Assembly (NCBI GenBank): GCA_045657165.1
Contig: JAZOSP010000122.1
Coordinates: 1 to 63,768, forward strand
DNA length: 63,768 bases
Reading direction: 5' to 3'
Origin: Eubacteriales bacterium
Lineage (GTDB): Bacteria > Bacillota > Clostridia > Oscillospirales > CAG-272
Part shown: piece by piece, positions 27,601 through 36,754 of the stretch
How the letters are laid out: each line of letters begins with the position of its first letter
Numbering within the stretch: the stretch's first letter is position 1
Position numbers and translations under genes: made by a program
Notes under the pieces: generated by a model
The model's input: only the letters and a program-made list of their open reading frames with translations
Database searches by the model: none
What the model was told of the DNA's origin: nothing

Positions 27601-28262
27601 TCACCTGCCGTCTTTACACCGACTACTCATTCCCTGTAACCTTCGATACGGCAAACCGATTCAGAACGGGTGAAATGCCCATCGTAATCGGTGACTATGC
27701 GTCGATTTACAATAACCTCGTGGTCTTCGCAACCGAAATCAGCGGACTTTGGGAATTCTCATCACTGCCCGGCAGCGAGAAGGACGGAGTATACAACTAC
27801 GACTCGCTTGCGGGAATCTCCGCGACGGTTGTCCTTGCCGGATGTAAGGGCGAGGAGCTGCTCTCCGCTTGGCGCTTCGCTCAGTGGCAGACCAGCGCAG
27901 ATATACAGTCGAATTACGGTAACAGCATGGTTGCTCTTATCGGTCCCTCGGCTAAGTACGAGACCGCTAACATTAACGCTATCAAGGACCTTTCGTGGAC
28001 TGCAAAGGAAAAGGCTGCTATTATGAATCAGATAGACAATCTTTCCTCGATAGTTAACTATCCCGGCTCTTACATTATCGCAAGATATATGAAGTTTGCC
28101 TTCCTTGACGCCTTCAACGACGGCGCAAGCCCCTATGACGCTATGATGAACTATATCTCGGATATGAACGACGAGATTTCACGTAAGCGTGAGGAGTTCG
28201 GACTTCCGACCTACAAGGCAGACGAGGAGCCTATTAAAATCACCCCCCAGACTTCTAAGTAA
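24681..28262 (+). CDS. Giant (1193 aa) extracellular solute-binding protein: N-terminal beta-sandwich/CBM-like domains plus a C-terminal family-1 sugar-binding domain
   Basis: Type I signal peptide without lipobox; C-terminal SBP_bac_1-like motifs (GRGPDV, YGIP, MFYRMDVL, PESW, FRTGEMP); followed by sugar permeases. Confidence 0.8.
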   Translation: MKKILSQKVKALFRKSGTLLKKSVCLLLSVTTFLGATAFTSSAGELKGDDSTSSTLEEMQSLVAASSYADYYAKYAGSQPAGLETYSIDVLGSLIGDGVIVKDSQACLESREDNPGAWANFGEENWDKSVYLPTVSSDGKQAGSASWHFTISAQQQGLYYLRIEYFNCQVDYTDTDLSDGDGSESSSVSAIQRKLLIDGQIPFKEVSSVTFDKHWFYDYDKPESVTTVITVGEVGTTVEYKTDSEGSHKIVTEIWRDGEELKQTVTTYTITQDINGNSMAPTAEEVSEWSTVTCSDASGYYRGYFCFYMSEGTHTLTLEAEREPMIIKSIELVPAYDSTEIPTYNEVLDSYDKAGYEAAEGGEVIRIEAEFPDFVSDSSVTSTNDNTSAVTYPISSSAQLFNVIGENGYNSVGQWAAYKFTVNKTGLYNLAMRFKQDALQGMYICRAIKIAGGDSSLGQYEYGVGGTPEVPFLEAYNAQFNYSQEWQSIYVGDEIFLDENGNKVNIADYSINKDGNYVDADGNVVNLTREKRDFKFYFEAGVEYTMYLECSLGTLGDYIQRVEASLNKINEYYLKILQRTGSDPDEYQDYKFYEIMPEVVVGLGTEAVELNNVKKGLEKLCGTNGSHIATLDTVIRILDIMGSERGDQIAANMANLKTYLGTLGTWINDSKRSTMMVDSIRIVSAGSDASVLPAANANFFESIWFEITSFIYSFFTEYDQMGLTEIPDENTTTIDVWLATGRDQSNIWRSMIDSDGGFTDQTGVAVTLKLVTAGTLLPSILSGRGPDVYLGLGSADVINYAIRNAVIPLSGDATAAEDPFANYIYEKADGTRVYISEEDIASADLSGLTWVSDSFKDVTESNFVKAAMDTMTLDKKSYGIPMTMSFAMMFYRMDVLAQLELEVPESWQQLLAILPVLQSNNMEIGVSYISALDFMIYQMGGSMWQYTDETMYNPADAGAKVALDSNVALEAFEFTCRLYTDYSFPVTFDTANRFRTGEMPIVIGDYASIYNNLVVFATEISGLWEFSSLPGSEKDGVYNYDSLAGISATVVLAGCKGEELLSAWRFAQWQTSADIQSNYGNSMVALIGPSAKYETANINAIKDLSWTAKEKAAIMNQIDNLSSIVNYPGSYIIARYMKFAFLDAFNDGASPYDAMMNYISDMNDEISRKREEFGLPTYKADEEPIKITPQTSK

Positions 28263-28277
28263 TAAAGGAGAGCAAAA

Positions 28278-29228
28278 ATGTCACAGAATAATGCAAAGGC
28301 TAAACGCCCCGTACAGCGTGGCGAGATGTCGAAATTGCAGTGGACATGGAAAGAGATGAAGCGAAATAAGACAGCCTATTTCATGTTAGCGCCGTTCCTT
28401 ATTCTATTCATTGTCTTCACGGTGCTCCCTGTATTGCTTTCGATGTTCCTAAGTCTTACTGACTTCAACATGCTCGAGTTCCCCGGATGGAAGGGCTTTG
28501 ATAACTACGTAAGACTTTTCCTAAACGACGAGATATTTATGATCGCCGTACAGAATACCCTAATCTTTGCTGCCGTTACCGGACCTGTATCCTATATTCT
28601 TTCGCTTTTGGTTGCATGGTTCGTTAACGAGCTTCCCCCGAAGATTCGTGCAGTAGTAACGCTTATATTCTATGCACCCTCCATCTCCGGTCAGGTTTAT
28701 CTTATATGGAAAACCCTCTTCTCATCCGACGCATACGGTTGGGCAAACGCGACCCTGATGGATCTTGGTCTTATGAACTCGCCCATCCTCTGGTTTGAGG
28801 ATGCGACGTACGTAATGCCTCTTTGTATAGTAGTTGCCCTTTGGACCTCGCTCGGTACGGCATTCCTGTCGTTCATAGCCGGCTTCCAGACGGTTGACCG
28901 TTCTATGTACGAGGCGGCTGCCGTCGACGGTATCAAGAACCGTTGGCAGGAGCTTTGGTATATAACTCTTCCCACTATGCGTCCTCAGATGATGTTCGGT
29001 GCCGTGCTTGCAATTACAAACTCGTTCGGCTTCGGAGCTGTCGTTGACGCACTCTGCGGATTCCCCTCGGTCGATTATGCGGCGCATACGATAATGCACC
29101 ACCTTAGCGACTACGGCGGACAAAGATATGAAATAGGCTATTCCTCCGCGATAGCCGTGGTGCTCTTCATAGTAATGTTCTCATCGAACATCCTGATTAA
29201 GAAGGCGCTTTCGAAGGTAGGTGAGTAA
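28278..29228 (+). CDS. Carbohydrate ABC transporter permease (MalF/UgpA-like)
   Basis: EAA loop SMYEAAAVDG, YITLP; 6 TM. Confidence 0.92.
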   Translation: MSQNNAKAKRPVQRGEMSKLQWTWKEMKRNKTAYFMLAPFLILFIVFTVLPVLLSMFLSLTDFNMLEFPGWKGFDNYVRLFLNDEIFMIAVQNTLIFAAVTGPVSYILSLLVAWFVNELPPKIRAVVTLIFYAPSISGQVYLIWKTLFSSDAYGWANATLMDLGLMNSPILWFEDATYVMPLCIVVALWTSLGTAFLSFIAGFQTVDRSMYEAAAVDGIKNRWQELWYITLPTMRPQMMFGAVLAITNSFGFGAVVDALCGFPSVDYAAHTIMHHLSDYGGQRYEIGYSSAIAVVLFIVMFSSNILIKKALSKVGE

Positions 29229-29230
29229 GT

Positions 29231-30106
29231 ATGTCGAAAAAACTCAGAACAAGAGGACATAAGGTTGTCCTTAACCGTTCCGCAGGAGGCGATACCGGTA
29301 TAACCGTTATGCTTACTCTCCTCGGCCTTATAATGTTTCTTCCTATGTACTACGTCGTAATTCAGTCACTGAAGCCGCTCGACGAGCTCTTTATGTTCCC
29401 GCCGCGCTTCTACGTAAGCCATCCTACGTTTGACAACTTCACTGATCTGTTTACACTTATGAGTGACTCGTGGGTTCCTTTCTCGAGGTACATATTCAAT
29501 ACGGTCTTTATCACCGTATGCGGTACGGCAGGAAACCTCGTATTCGCTTCTATGGCGGCATACTCGCTGGCGAAGCTCCGCTTCCCCGGCAGAAACATGA
29601 TATTCCAGATCATAGTAATGTCGCTTATGTTCCATTCTACGGTAAACCAGGTAACCCACTTCATTATCCTCTCCGCTTTCGGTTGGATAGATACGTATCT
29701 TTCGGTTATCGTTCCTTCAATGGCAACAACGATGGGTCTTTACCTTATGAAGCAGTTTATGGAATCCTCGGTTCCCGATACGGTGCTTGAATCGGCACGT
29801 CTTGACGGAGCGAGCGAGTTCAGAACATTCCTCATCATAGCAATGCCTATGGTTAAGCCCGCATGGCTGACGCTTATGATAGAGTGCTTCAAGGCGCTCT
29901 GGAACTCTGGTTCCTCGATTTACATACACTCAGAGGAGCTTAAAACCTTTAACTACGCTATAAACCAGATAGTATCCGGCGGTATTGCCCGTTCGGGCGC
30001 CGGTGCTGCGGCTATAGTCATAATGATGATAGTTCCTATCGCAATCTTCGTTCTTAACCAGAGCCAGATTATCGAGACGATGGGCTCGTCAGGTATGAAA
30101 GACTAA
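29231..30106 (+). CDS. Carbohydrate ABC transporter permease (MalG/UgpE-like)
   Basis: AAYSLAKLRFPG and LESARLDGA motifs. Confidence 0.92.
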   Translation: MSKKLRTRGHKVVLNRSAGGDTGITVMLTLLGLIMFLPMYYVVIQSLKPLDELFMFPPRFYVSHPTFDNFTDLFTLMSDSWVPFSRYIFNTVFITVCGTAGNLVFASMAAYSLAKLRFPGRNMIFQIIVMSLMFHSTVNQVTHFIILSAFGWIDTYLSVIVPSMATTMGLYLMKQFMESSVPDTVLESARLDGASEFRTFLIIAMPMVKPAWLTLMIECFKALWNSGSSIYIHSEELKTFNYAINQIVSGGIARSGAGAAAIVIMMIVPIAIFVLNQSQIIETMGSSGMKD

Positions 30107-30117
30107 CGGGGAGGGAA

Positions 30118-33084
30118 ATGATGAAAAGCAAAATAACCAAAATATTTCTGTTTGTGCTCGTCGCAGTAATGCTGTTTGGCACCGTGTCCCCTTTGGCGTA
30201 TGAGTCTTACGAAACCTATACGTACTCCATTGACGGTAAGCCGCTCCCTTCTCCTCACGCATACACACCCGACGTTAATACCTACGATTCGTCAAGCATG
30301 GGGCTTCTTGAGGGTTATTTCTGGCGCTATGACGGCGACGGCGACGTAGCAATTTGGACGGGTACGAGCATGGAGCCTCTTGCCAACGGCAAGGACTACA
30401 CTGACGACCTCGTCTTTACGCTAAATCCCGGCGGTGAATCTTATACGGTCGCGGGATATGCACCCTTCGAAGGTGACATAGCACTTCTTAACGAGATAGC
30501 TGCTTCGCTTAAGGCTGTGGCTGATCTTCATCCTTACGATAAGAGCAACACTAACATGGTGAGGGTCAGATTCAACAACTCATCTCTTAAGGTTGCCGAC
30601 CAAAACGATCCTGAAAAAAAGGTTTGGGTTGAGCTTGACCGCGCAACCGCAGCAGCAACTGTTACAGGTCTTCTTGAAGCTGCCATAACCGCTGCAGAGG
30701 CTCTTCCTGAGAACGCAGGCAAGACTGTTGGCGTCGACGTCGACTACAATGACGTACTAAGCACCGCCTCAAATCTGCTCGAGCTTGAGAAGGGCAGTGA
30801 GCCCATTTGCATTGCAATTCCCGCAACCTACGAGGGACTTCCCGTTACTGCTATTGCTGAAAATGCGTTCGGTAGCGAATACAACGTTATATCGTCCTAC
30901 TACTCCGGCGTTCAGTCAGTCGTAATAGGCAAGAACGTTACTCAAATAGGTAGGAATGCTCTTTCGGGCGTTGCAAGCACCCTTGAGGTCTTCTACGAGT
31001 CGACCTCTGCTGATTTCTCCGCAATAAGCATTGACGCAACGAACAATGGACGCTTAGGCTCTGCGAGAGTCTACTACTATTCCGAATTTGTAAAGTTCGG
31101 TAATACTAAACTTGCACTTGCAAACGATATTACCACCGACGAAGATGGCAATCTTTATATTGCCGATAAAGAAAACAACCGAATAGTAGTACTCAACAAG
31201 TACAGCTATAAGGTTATCGGTGTTATGGGTACTTACGTTGACGAGTACGGCGAGCTTAAGACGCTCAATGCGCCTACCGGCGTATACGTAACCGATTCAA
31301 CCGAAATGGTAGACGGCTCGAGCTTTATTTACGTGTGCGATAACGGCAACTCTCAAATCGTTGTGTTTGACAAAAATTACAACTACGTCAGAACGATTGG
31401 AAAGCCGAAGAGTGCGCTTCTTAAGGCTGAGGCGTTCAAGCCTTACGCTATTGCGGTTGATAAGTACGGTAGAATTTTCGTAGTATCGCAAAGCTGCTAC
31501 GAGGGCGTTATCGTAATGTCGGGCGAGGGCGACTTCACCGGCTTCATAGGTGCTCAGAAGGTTACTTACAACATTATTCAGCAAATCTGGCGCCGTTTCC
31601 AGTCGGCAGAGCAGCGCGCACAGACTGTGCAGAACCTGCCTATGGCATACAACAATATCACCGTTGATAGCGATGGCTTCGTTTACGTGACCATCAACTT
31701 CAACGAAAGGGATGAGCAGGTGAAGCAGCTTGCTTCTATTAGCTCGAAGCAGGCAACCTACTCTCCCGTTAAAAAGCTTAATTCAACCGGAGCTGAGATT
31801 ATGAAGCGTAACGGCTTCTTCGATCCCGGCGGAGAGGTTGATATCTTCCAGCCCCACGAGGTATCGAAGATAATCGATATATCACTCGGCAACGAGGGCT
31901 CTTGGACTATCCTTGACAGCTCGAGATCGAGAACCTTTACCTACGACCAGAACGGTAACCTTCTCTTTGCATTCGGCGACACGGGTGACCAGGTAGGTAA
32001 CGGTGAGGAATACGTTGCAATGACGTATCAGGTTGTTGACGGCATTTACAATCTCGTTATGCTCGATAACGCGAAGCCCGACTACAAGATTACTATTTAT
32101 CATCCTACTGATTACTGCGATACGATAATGAGTGCTTTGAGGAATGAAAACGAGCACAACTTCTCGGCAACTATCGATTATTGGCAGGAGGTTCTTACAA
32201 GCAACAACAACTTCGACCTTGCCTATATAGGTATCGGTAAGGCGCTTTACAACCAGGGCAACTATGACGAGGCTATGAAAATGCTCTCGAGTGCCTACGA
32301 GATCGAGTATTATTCGAAGGCGTTTGCCGAGACGAGAAAGCAGCTGCTCTCCGTCATACTGCTACCGCTTATAATCGGACTTGTGGTTCTTGTGGTGCTC
32401 ATTGCCAAATTCCTTGGTTGGGCTAAGAAAAAGAACAAGGCGACCTCTCTTAAGGTTGGCAAAAAGACCTATCTTGAGGAGCTTCTGTATGTGTTCCATC
32501 TCGTATTCCATCCCTTCGATGGCTTCTGGGATTTGAAGCACGAGAAGCGCGGATCGGTAAGAGCTGCGACTACGATTCTTGCAGTTGCAATACTTGCCTT
32601 CTTCTATCAGGCGATAGGACAGGGCTATATGTTCAATCCGAGAGGCGACTATTCCACCGTATTCGTTCAGATTCTTGCACTTCTTGTGCCTGTTCTTCTC
32701 TGGGTTATCTCCAACTGGTGTCTTACGACGCTCTTTGACGGCGAGGGAAGTCTGAAGGATATTTACGTTGCGACCTGTTATTCGCTCGCACCGCTGCCTC
32801 TCTTCGTTATTGTTTCCACAATTCTCACTAACGTATTTACGGTATCCGAGGGCGGTATCGTCAGCCTGCTTGTATCCATCGGTTGGGTTTGGGTTGCAAT
32901 ACTTCTGTTCTTCGGTATGTCCGTAACGCACGATTACTCCACGGGTAAGAACGTTATAACTACTCTTGGCACCATAGTTGCCATGGCGGTTATTATGTTC
33001 ATCGCTATACTCTTCTCGAGCCTTGTAATGAAGATGGCTACGTTAATTATGGCGATATTCACGGAAATCGGCACTCGAATGTAA
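30118..33084 (+). CDS. Secreted/membrane NHL beta-propeller + TPR + Yip1-like fusion protein with a BspA/LRR-like insertion
   Basis: Signal peptide; NHL blades (GNLYIADKENNRIVV, IYVCDNGNSQIVVFD, IAVDKYGRIFV); TPR (LAYIGIGKALYNQGNYDEAMK); TM; Yip1-like HPFDGFWDLK domain with 5 TM. Confidence 0.75.
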   Translation: MMKSKITKIFLFVLVAVMLFGTVSPLAYESYETYTYSIDGKPLPSPHAYTPDVNTYDSSSMGLLEGYFWRYDGDGDVAIWTGTSMEPLANGKDYTDDLVFTLNPGGESYTVAGYAPFEGDIALLNEIAASLKAVADLHPYDKSNTNMVRVRFNNSSLKVADQNDPEKKVWVELDRATAAATVTGLLEAAITAAEALPENAGKTVGVDVDYNDVLSTASNLLELEKGSEPICIAIPATYEGLPVTAIAENAFGSEYNVISSYYSGVQSVVIGKNVTQIGRNALSGVASTLEVFYESTSADFSAISIDATNNGRLGSARVYYYSEFVKFGNTKLALANDITTDEDGNLYIADKENNRIVVLNKYSYKVIGVMGTYVDEYGELKTLNAPTGVYVTDSTEMVDGSSFIYVCDNGNSQIVVFDKNYNYVRTIGKPKSALLKAEAFKPYAIAVDKYGRIFVVSQSCYEGVIVMSGEGDFTGFIGAQKVTYNIIQQIWRRFQSAEQRAQTVQNLPMAYNNITVDSDGFVYVTINFNERDEQVKQLASISSKQATYSPVKKLNSTGAEIMKRNGFFDPGGEVDIFQPHEVSKIIDISLGNEGSWTILDSSRSRTFTYDQNGNLLFAFGDTGDQVGNGEEYVAMTYQVVDGIYNLVMLDNAKPDYKITIYHPTDYCDTIMSALRNENEHNFSATIDYWQEVLTSNNNFDLAYIGIGKALYNQGNYDEAMKMLSSAYEIEYYSKAFAETRKQLLSVILLPLIIGLVVLVVLIAKFLGWAKKKNKATSLKVGKKTYLEELLYVFHLVFHPFDGFWDLKHEKRGSVRAATTILAVAILAFFYQAIGQGYMFNPRGDYSTVFVQILALLVPVLLWVISNWCLTTLFDGEGSLKDIYVATCYSLAPLPLFVIVSTILTNVFTVSEGGIVSLLVSIGWVWVAILLFFGMSVTHDYSTGKNVITTLGTIVAMAVIMFIAILFSSLVMKMATLIMAIFTEIGTRM

Positions 33085-33102
33085 CCAGAGGAGGTAAATA
33101 GA

Positions 33103-36100
33103 ATGAAACTTAATAAAATATTATCGTCTCTGCTTGTCTTCGTGATGCTGTTTACCGGTATTTTTACCGTGCTTCCTGTGGGCAGCCTTGCTGCTACGGC
33201 GCCTGTCGTTTCGGTTAACGGTAACGCTGTGCTTGAAAACGAGCAGATTAAGGAAATTGTAAACAACGGATATTTGAAGTACAACTATTCCACCGCAGAG
33301 GAAATGCTTGCTGCGGAGCAGGCTTTGGGATATCTTGACAGTGTGACTAACGGAGACTTCAAGGTTTACGTAAACCGTTACACGGGTCTTGTTTACTACG
33401 TTAATACAAGAACCGGTCAGATTCTCATGAGTAACCCGATAGATCCGGGATACAGAGACAATCTTGGAAAAAATAATCCGTCTATTGTAAGCCAGGTCGA
33501 GATTACGTATATGGATCTCGCCACCAACGACACAAACACGTATTATTCTCTTGACTGGATTATAAACGGCTCCCAAATGTCCGTTGAGGCAATGGATAAC
33601 GGTCTTCGCGCTATCTACTACCTCGGCGAGATGGATGATCGCTTCTTTACTCCTGCTTCTGTTATGTCAGAGGACTTTGAGGCTCACATCTCAGACCCTC
33701 TCTTTGTAGCATTTGCGGCGCTTATTGAGCAGCACTGCGATGAAACCAGGTTTGATATTGAGTCGAACTTGGGAGTCAGAGAGAAAAACGATCGGGAAAA
33801 GCCGTATAAGATCTCTAAGGTAATCGATTACATAGAAGAGGTCGTAGCCGATGCTATAGATGAAATCGGTAAAGATGCGGCAGGTGCTATCTCCACCTTT
33901 GGTGACGCTATAAAGACTATTTTTAGTAGCTACAGCGTCATAGACATTTCAAAGTACAATCCCGATACCGCAACGGGAAGTGAAAGCATAAAGAATTATC
34001 TTGCGATGGTTCCCGGCTGCGCGAACGGTCCTGTTTATATGCTCAAGGACGTAGAGAGCGTTGCAACGCTTAGAGTATGTCACAGAGTAATTAAGCAGTA
34101 CTGCAAGAGTTATACGCCTGAAATGATAGCTGCCGATGAGGCAAAGGCAGGTTATGCTCCCGCACAGCTTATCACTCCCAGCTTCAAGGTTTGCGTTGAG
34201 TATACGCTCGATAACGACGGAAATCTCGTAGTTACCGTACCGGTAAACGCTATGGATTTTGACGATTCGGCTTATACCGTGTCGTCACTTAAGGTGCTCA
34301 AGTACTTTGGTGCAGGCGACATGAACAACGACGGTTACCTCTTCTTCCCTGACGGAAGCGGTGCAATCCTTGAGTTCGAGGATTTCTATACCCCCGACGA
34401 TATCAAGGGTGATAACGTTACCAACAGCCGTATCAATCTTACATCCGAAATGTACGGCAAGGACTATTGCTATTCCGAGATTACCGGTGCTCACAGAGAG
34501 CAGATAATTATGCCCGTTTACGGAATAGTTAACGACGTCAAGGCAAACGGTGTTACCGAGACTCTTACCGGAAGCGGTGAGGCCGCAAACGGCTTCTTTG
34601 CAATAATAGAGGATGGCTCCTCGCTTGCAAGCCTTTTGATTGAGACGGGTGGCGCAACCCACAAGTATGCAACCACCTATGCCTCCTTCGCTCCGTTCCC
34701 GATGGATAAATACGACATCTCTGAGTCGGTTTCCGCAAGCGGCAGCGGATATTACTACGTTGTATCCAAATCTCCCTACCAGGGCTCCTTCGTGACGAGA
34801 TATACCATGCTCGCCGACGAGGCAGCAGCCGAAGCAGCAAATCTTGAGGACGGTGAGTACTTCCTCTCCGATTATGTCGGCATGGCACAGTGCTATCGCG
34901 AGTACCTCAAGAACAATGGAACGATAAGCGCAATTTCTGAGGCCTCCGAGGATCTTCCTCTCTATATCGAGGCTCTTGGATCTATTGATATTATGCAGAG
35001 AATTCTGTCCTTCCCTGTTACAGTCTCTGTTCCTCTTACCACGTTTGACGATGTCTATACGATGTACGAGGAGCTCTCAAACGCAAAGGAAACTCTTGCG
35101 GATAAGGCAGAAGAGTACAGAGCTCTTGCCGAGGCTACCGCAGAGGACGAGGCGGACCTCAAGGCGCAGTATCTTGAGAAGGCTGCGAAATACGACGAGC
35201 TTTCCGAGAAGGTTCAAAATATTACAAACATCAACTTTAGACTCACCGGATTTGCTAACGGCGGTATGTACTTTACTTACCCCACCAAAGTAAACTGGGA
35301 AAACTCGGTTGGCGGCTATAACGGCTTCGTGTCTCTTATCGGCAAGGCAGCAGAGGAATCCAAGAAGGACGGACATACCTTTGGCGTATATCCCGACTTC
35401 GATTTTGCATATATCAACAACACTGCGATGTTTGACGGTATAAGCGAAAGGGGTACTGCGGCTTGCATGGTTGATAACCGCTATGCGTCAAAGCAGCTTT
35501 ATAACTCTGTGGTTAGAGAATACGAGAGTATTTACGCCCTCGTAGTGTCTCCCGACTCTTATGAGAGACTTTACGACACCTTCAACGGTCAGTATTCGGG
35601 CTACTCGTGGGATCAGCTCTCTGTTTCCACTCTCGGCTCCGATCTTAACTCAAACTTCTATGAGGATAATCCTCTTCATAGAGAGGGCTCGCTTGACTCG
35701 GTTGTCTCTCTTCTTGACAAAATGACGACTGTCAGCAACTATCGTCTTATGACTGACGTTGGTAACGTTTATGCTGTTAAATATGCGGAGCATATCCTTA
35801 ACGCAACCATCGATTCGAGCCACTTAAGATATTCCTCATACGCAATTCCGTTTTACGGTCTCGTATTCCACGGATACGTTAGCTATGCAGGCTCGCCCAT
35901 CAACTATTCGGGCGACCCCGATTACGACATTCTTCGTTCTATCGAGAACGGAGCGTCGCTCTATTACGTTCTTTGCATGCAGAACACCAACTACCTCAAG
36001 AATGATGAAATGCTTTCCAAGTACTACGGTGTTGACTACAAGAACTGGTTTGACAAGCTCGTAGATCAGTATACTACCCTTAACGGTGTGATAGGTGATC

Positions 36101-36750
36101 TTCAGCAGTATGAGATTGTTGATCACAGGATTGTTCTCTCCGAGCGTGTAATTGATGAGGCAGAGAAGGCGCAAAACTATAAGAACCTTATTGCAGAGCT
36201 TATTTCTGCTATAGATTCCTCTATCTACGGCGCTATCGTAGCAAAGCAGGATGAGCTGAGCGCCGATGTAAATTATATAGGTAAGGGTCTTAAGGTAGAG
36301 TTTGAGCGTGCAGACCTTATGCAGTATGCAGATGAGCTTATCAATCTTACGACCGACGAGCTGAAGGCTGATTTTGCAGCGGAGCTTGATAAGGTTCTTG
36401 ACAAGTATTCTGCCGAATTCTCGGGCGATGGATATCTTGACCCCGTGAAGCTTACCTTCACCTCGAGTGACGTAAGCTATCGGTCGATTTACAATTACGT
36501 TACCGACTCTGTTGCTACCGCGGGTGACAGTTACGTATATACCGATTTCACTTGTGATAACGGTAACGTCGTAATGGTTACCTACGAGGATTCGAAGACG
36601 GGGGATAAGGTTGTATTCCTTCTTAATTACAACGCATTTTCCGTTGACATTATAATCGATAACACTGTTAATCCGTCGCTCTCTGACGGAGAAACAGAGA
36701 AAATCACCCTTAAGCCGTACGGCTATTACAGAATGGGAAGGGAGGGCTAA
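33103..36750 (+). CDS. Large secreted DUF5696-like protein
   Basis: Signal peptide; YFGAG, DGYLFFPDGSGA, MPVYG, DYVGMAQCYREYL, PLTTF and IPFYGLVFHG motifs as I recall them for this family; position between permease pairs. Confidence 0.65.
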   Translation: MKLNKILSSLLVFVMLFTGIFTVLPVGSLAATAPVVSVNGNAVLENEQIKEIVNNGYLKYNYSTAEEMLAAEQALGYLDSVTNGDFKVYVNRYTGLVYYVNTRTGQILMSNPIDPGYRDNLGKNNPSIVSQVEITYMDLATNDTNTYYSLDWIINGSQMSVEAMDNGLRAIYYLGEMDDRFFTPASVMSEDFEAHISDPLFVAFAALIEQHCDETRFDIESNLGVREKNDREKPYKISKVIDYIEEVVADAIDEIGKDAAGAISTFGDAIKTIFSSYSVIDISKYNPDTATGSESIKNYLAMVPGCANGPVYMLKDVESVATLRVCHRVIKQYCKSYTPEMIAADEAKAGYAPAQLITPSFKVCVEYTLDNDGNLVVTVPVNAMDFDDSAYTVSSLKVLKYFGAGDMNNDGYLFFPDGSGAILEFEDFYTPDDIKGDNVTNSRINLTSEMYGKDYCYSEITGAHREQIIMPVYGIVNDVKANGVTETLTGSGEAANGFFAIIEDGSSLASLLIETGGATHKYATTYASFAPFPMDKYDISESVSASGSGYYYVVSKSPYQGSFVTRYTMLADEAAAEAANLEDGEYFLSDYVGMAQCYREYLKNNGTISAISEASEDLPLYIEALGSIDIMQRILSFPVTVSVPLTTFDDVYTMYEELSNAKETLADKAEEYRALAEATAEDEADLKAQYLEKAAKYDELSEKVQNITNINFRLTGFANGGMYFTYPTKVNWENSVGGYNGFVSLIGKAAEESKKDGHTFGVYPDFDFAYINNTAMFDGISERGTAACMVDNRYASKQLYNSVVREYESIYALVVSPDSYERLYDTFNGQYSGYSWDQLSVSTLGSDLNSNFYEDNPLHREGSLDSVVSLLDKMTTVSNYRLMTDVGNVYAVKYAEHILNATIDSSHLRYSSYAIPFYGLVFHGYVSYAGSPINYSGDPDYDILRSIENGASLYYVLCMQNTNYLKNDEMLSKYYGVDYKNWFDKLVDQYTTLNGVIGDLQQYEIVDHRIVLSERVIDEAEKAQNYKNLIAELISAIDSSIYGAIVAKQDELSADVNYIGKGLKVEFERADLMQYADELINLTTDELKADFAAELDKVLDKYSAEFSGDGYLDPVKLTFTSSDVSYRSIYNYVTDSVATAGDSYVYTDFTCDNGNVVMVTYEDSKTGDKVVFLLNYNAFSVDIIIDNTVNPSLSDGETEKITLKPYGYYRMGREG

Positions 36751-36754
36751 TTAA

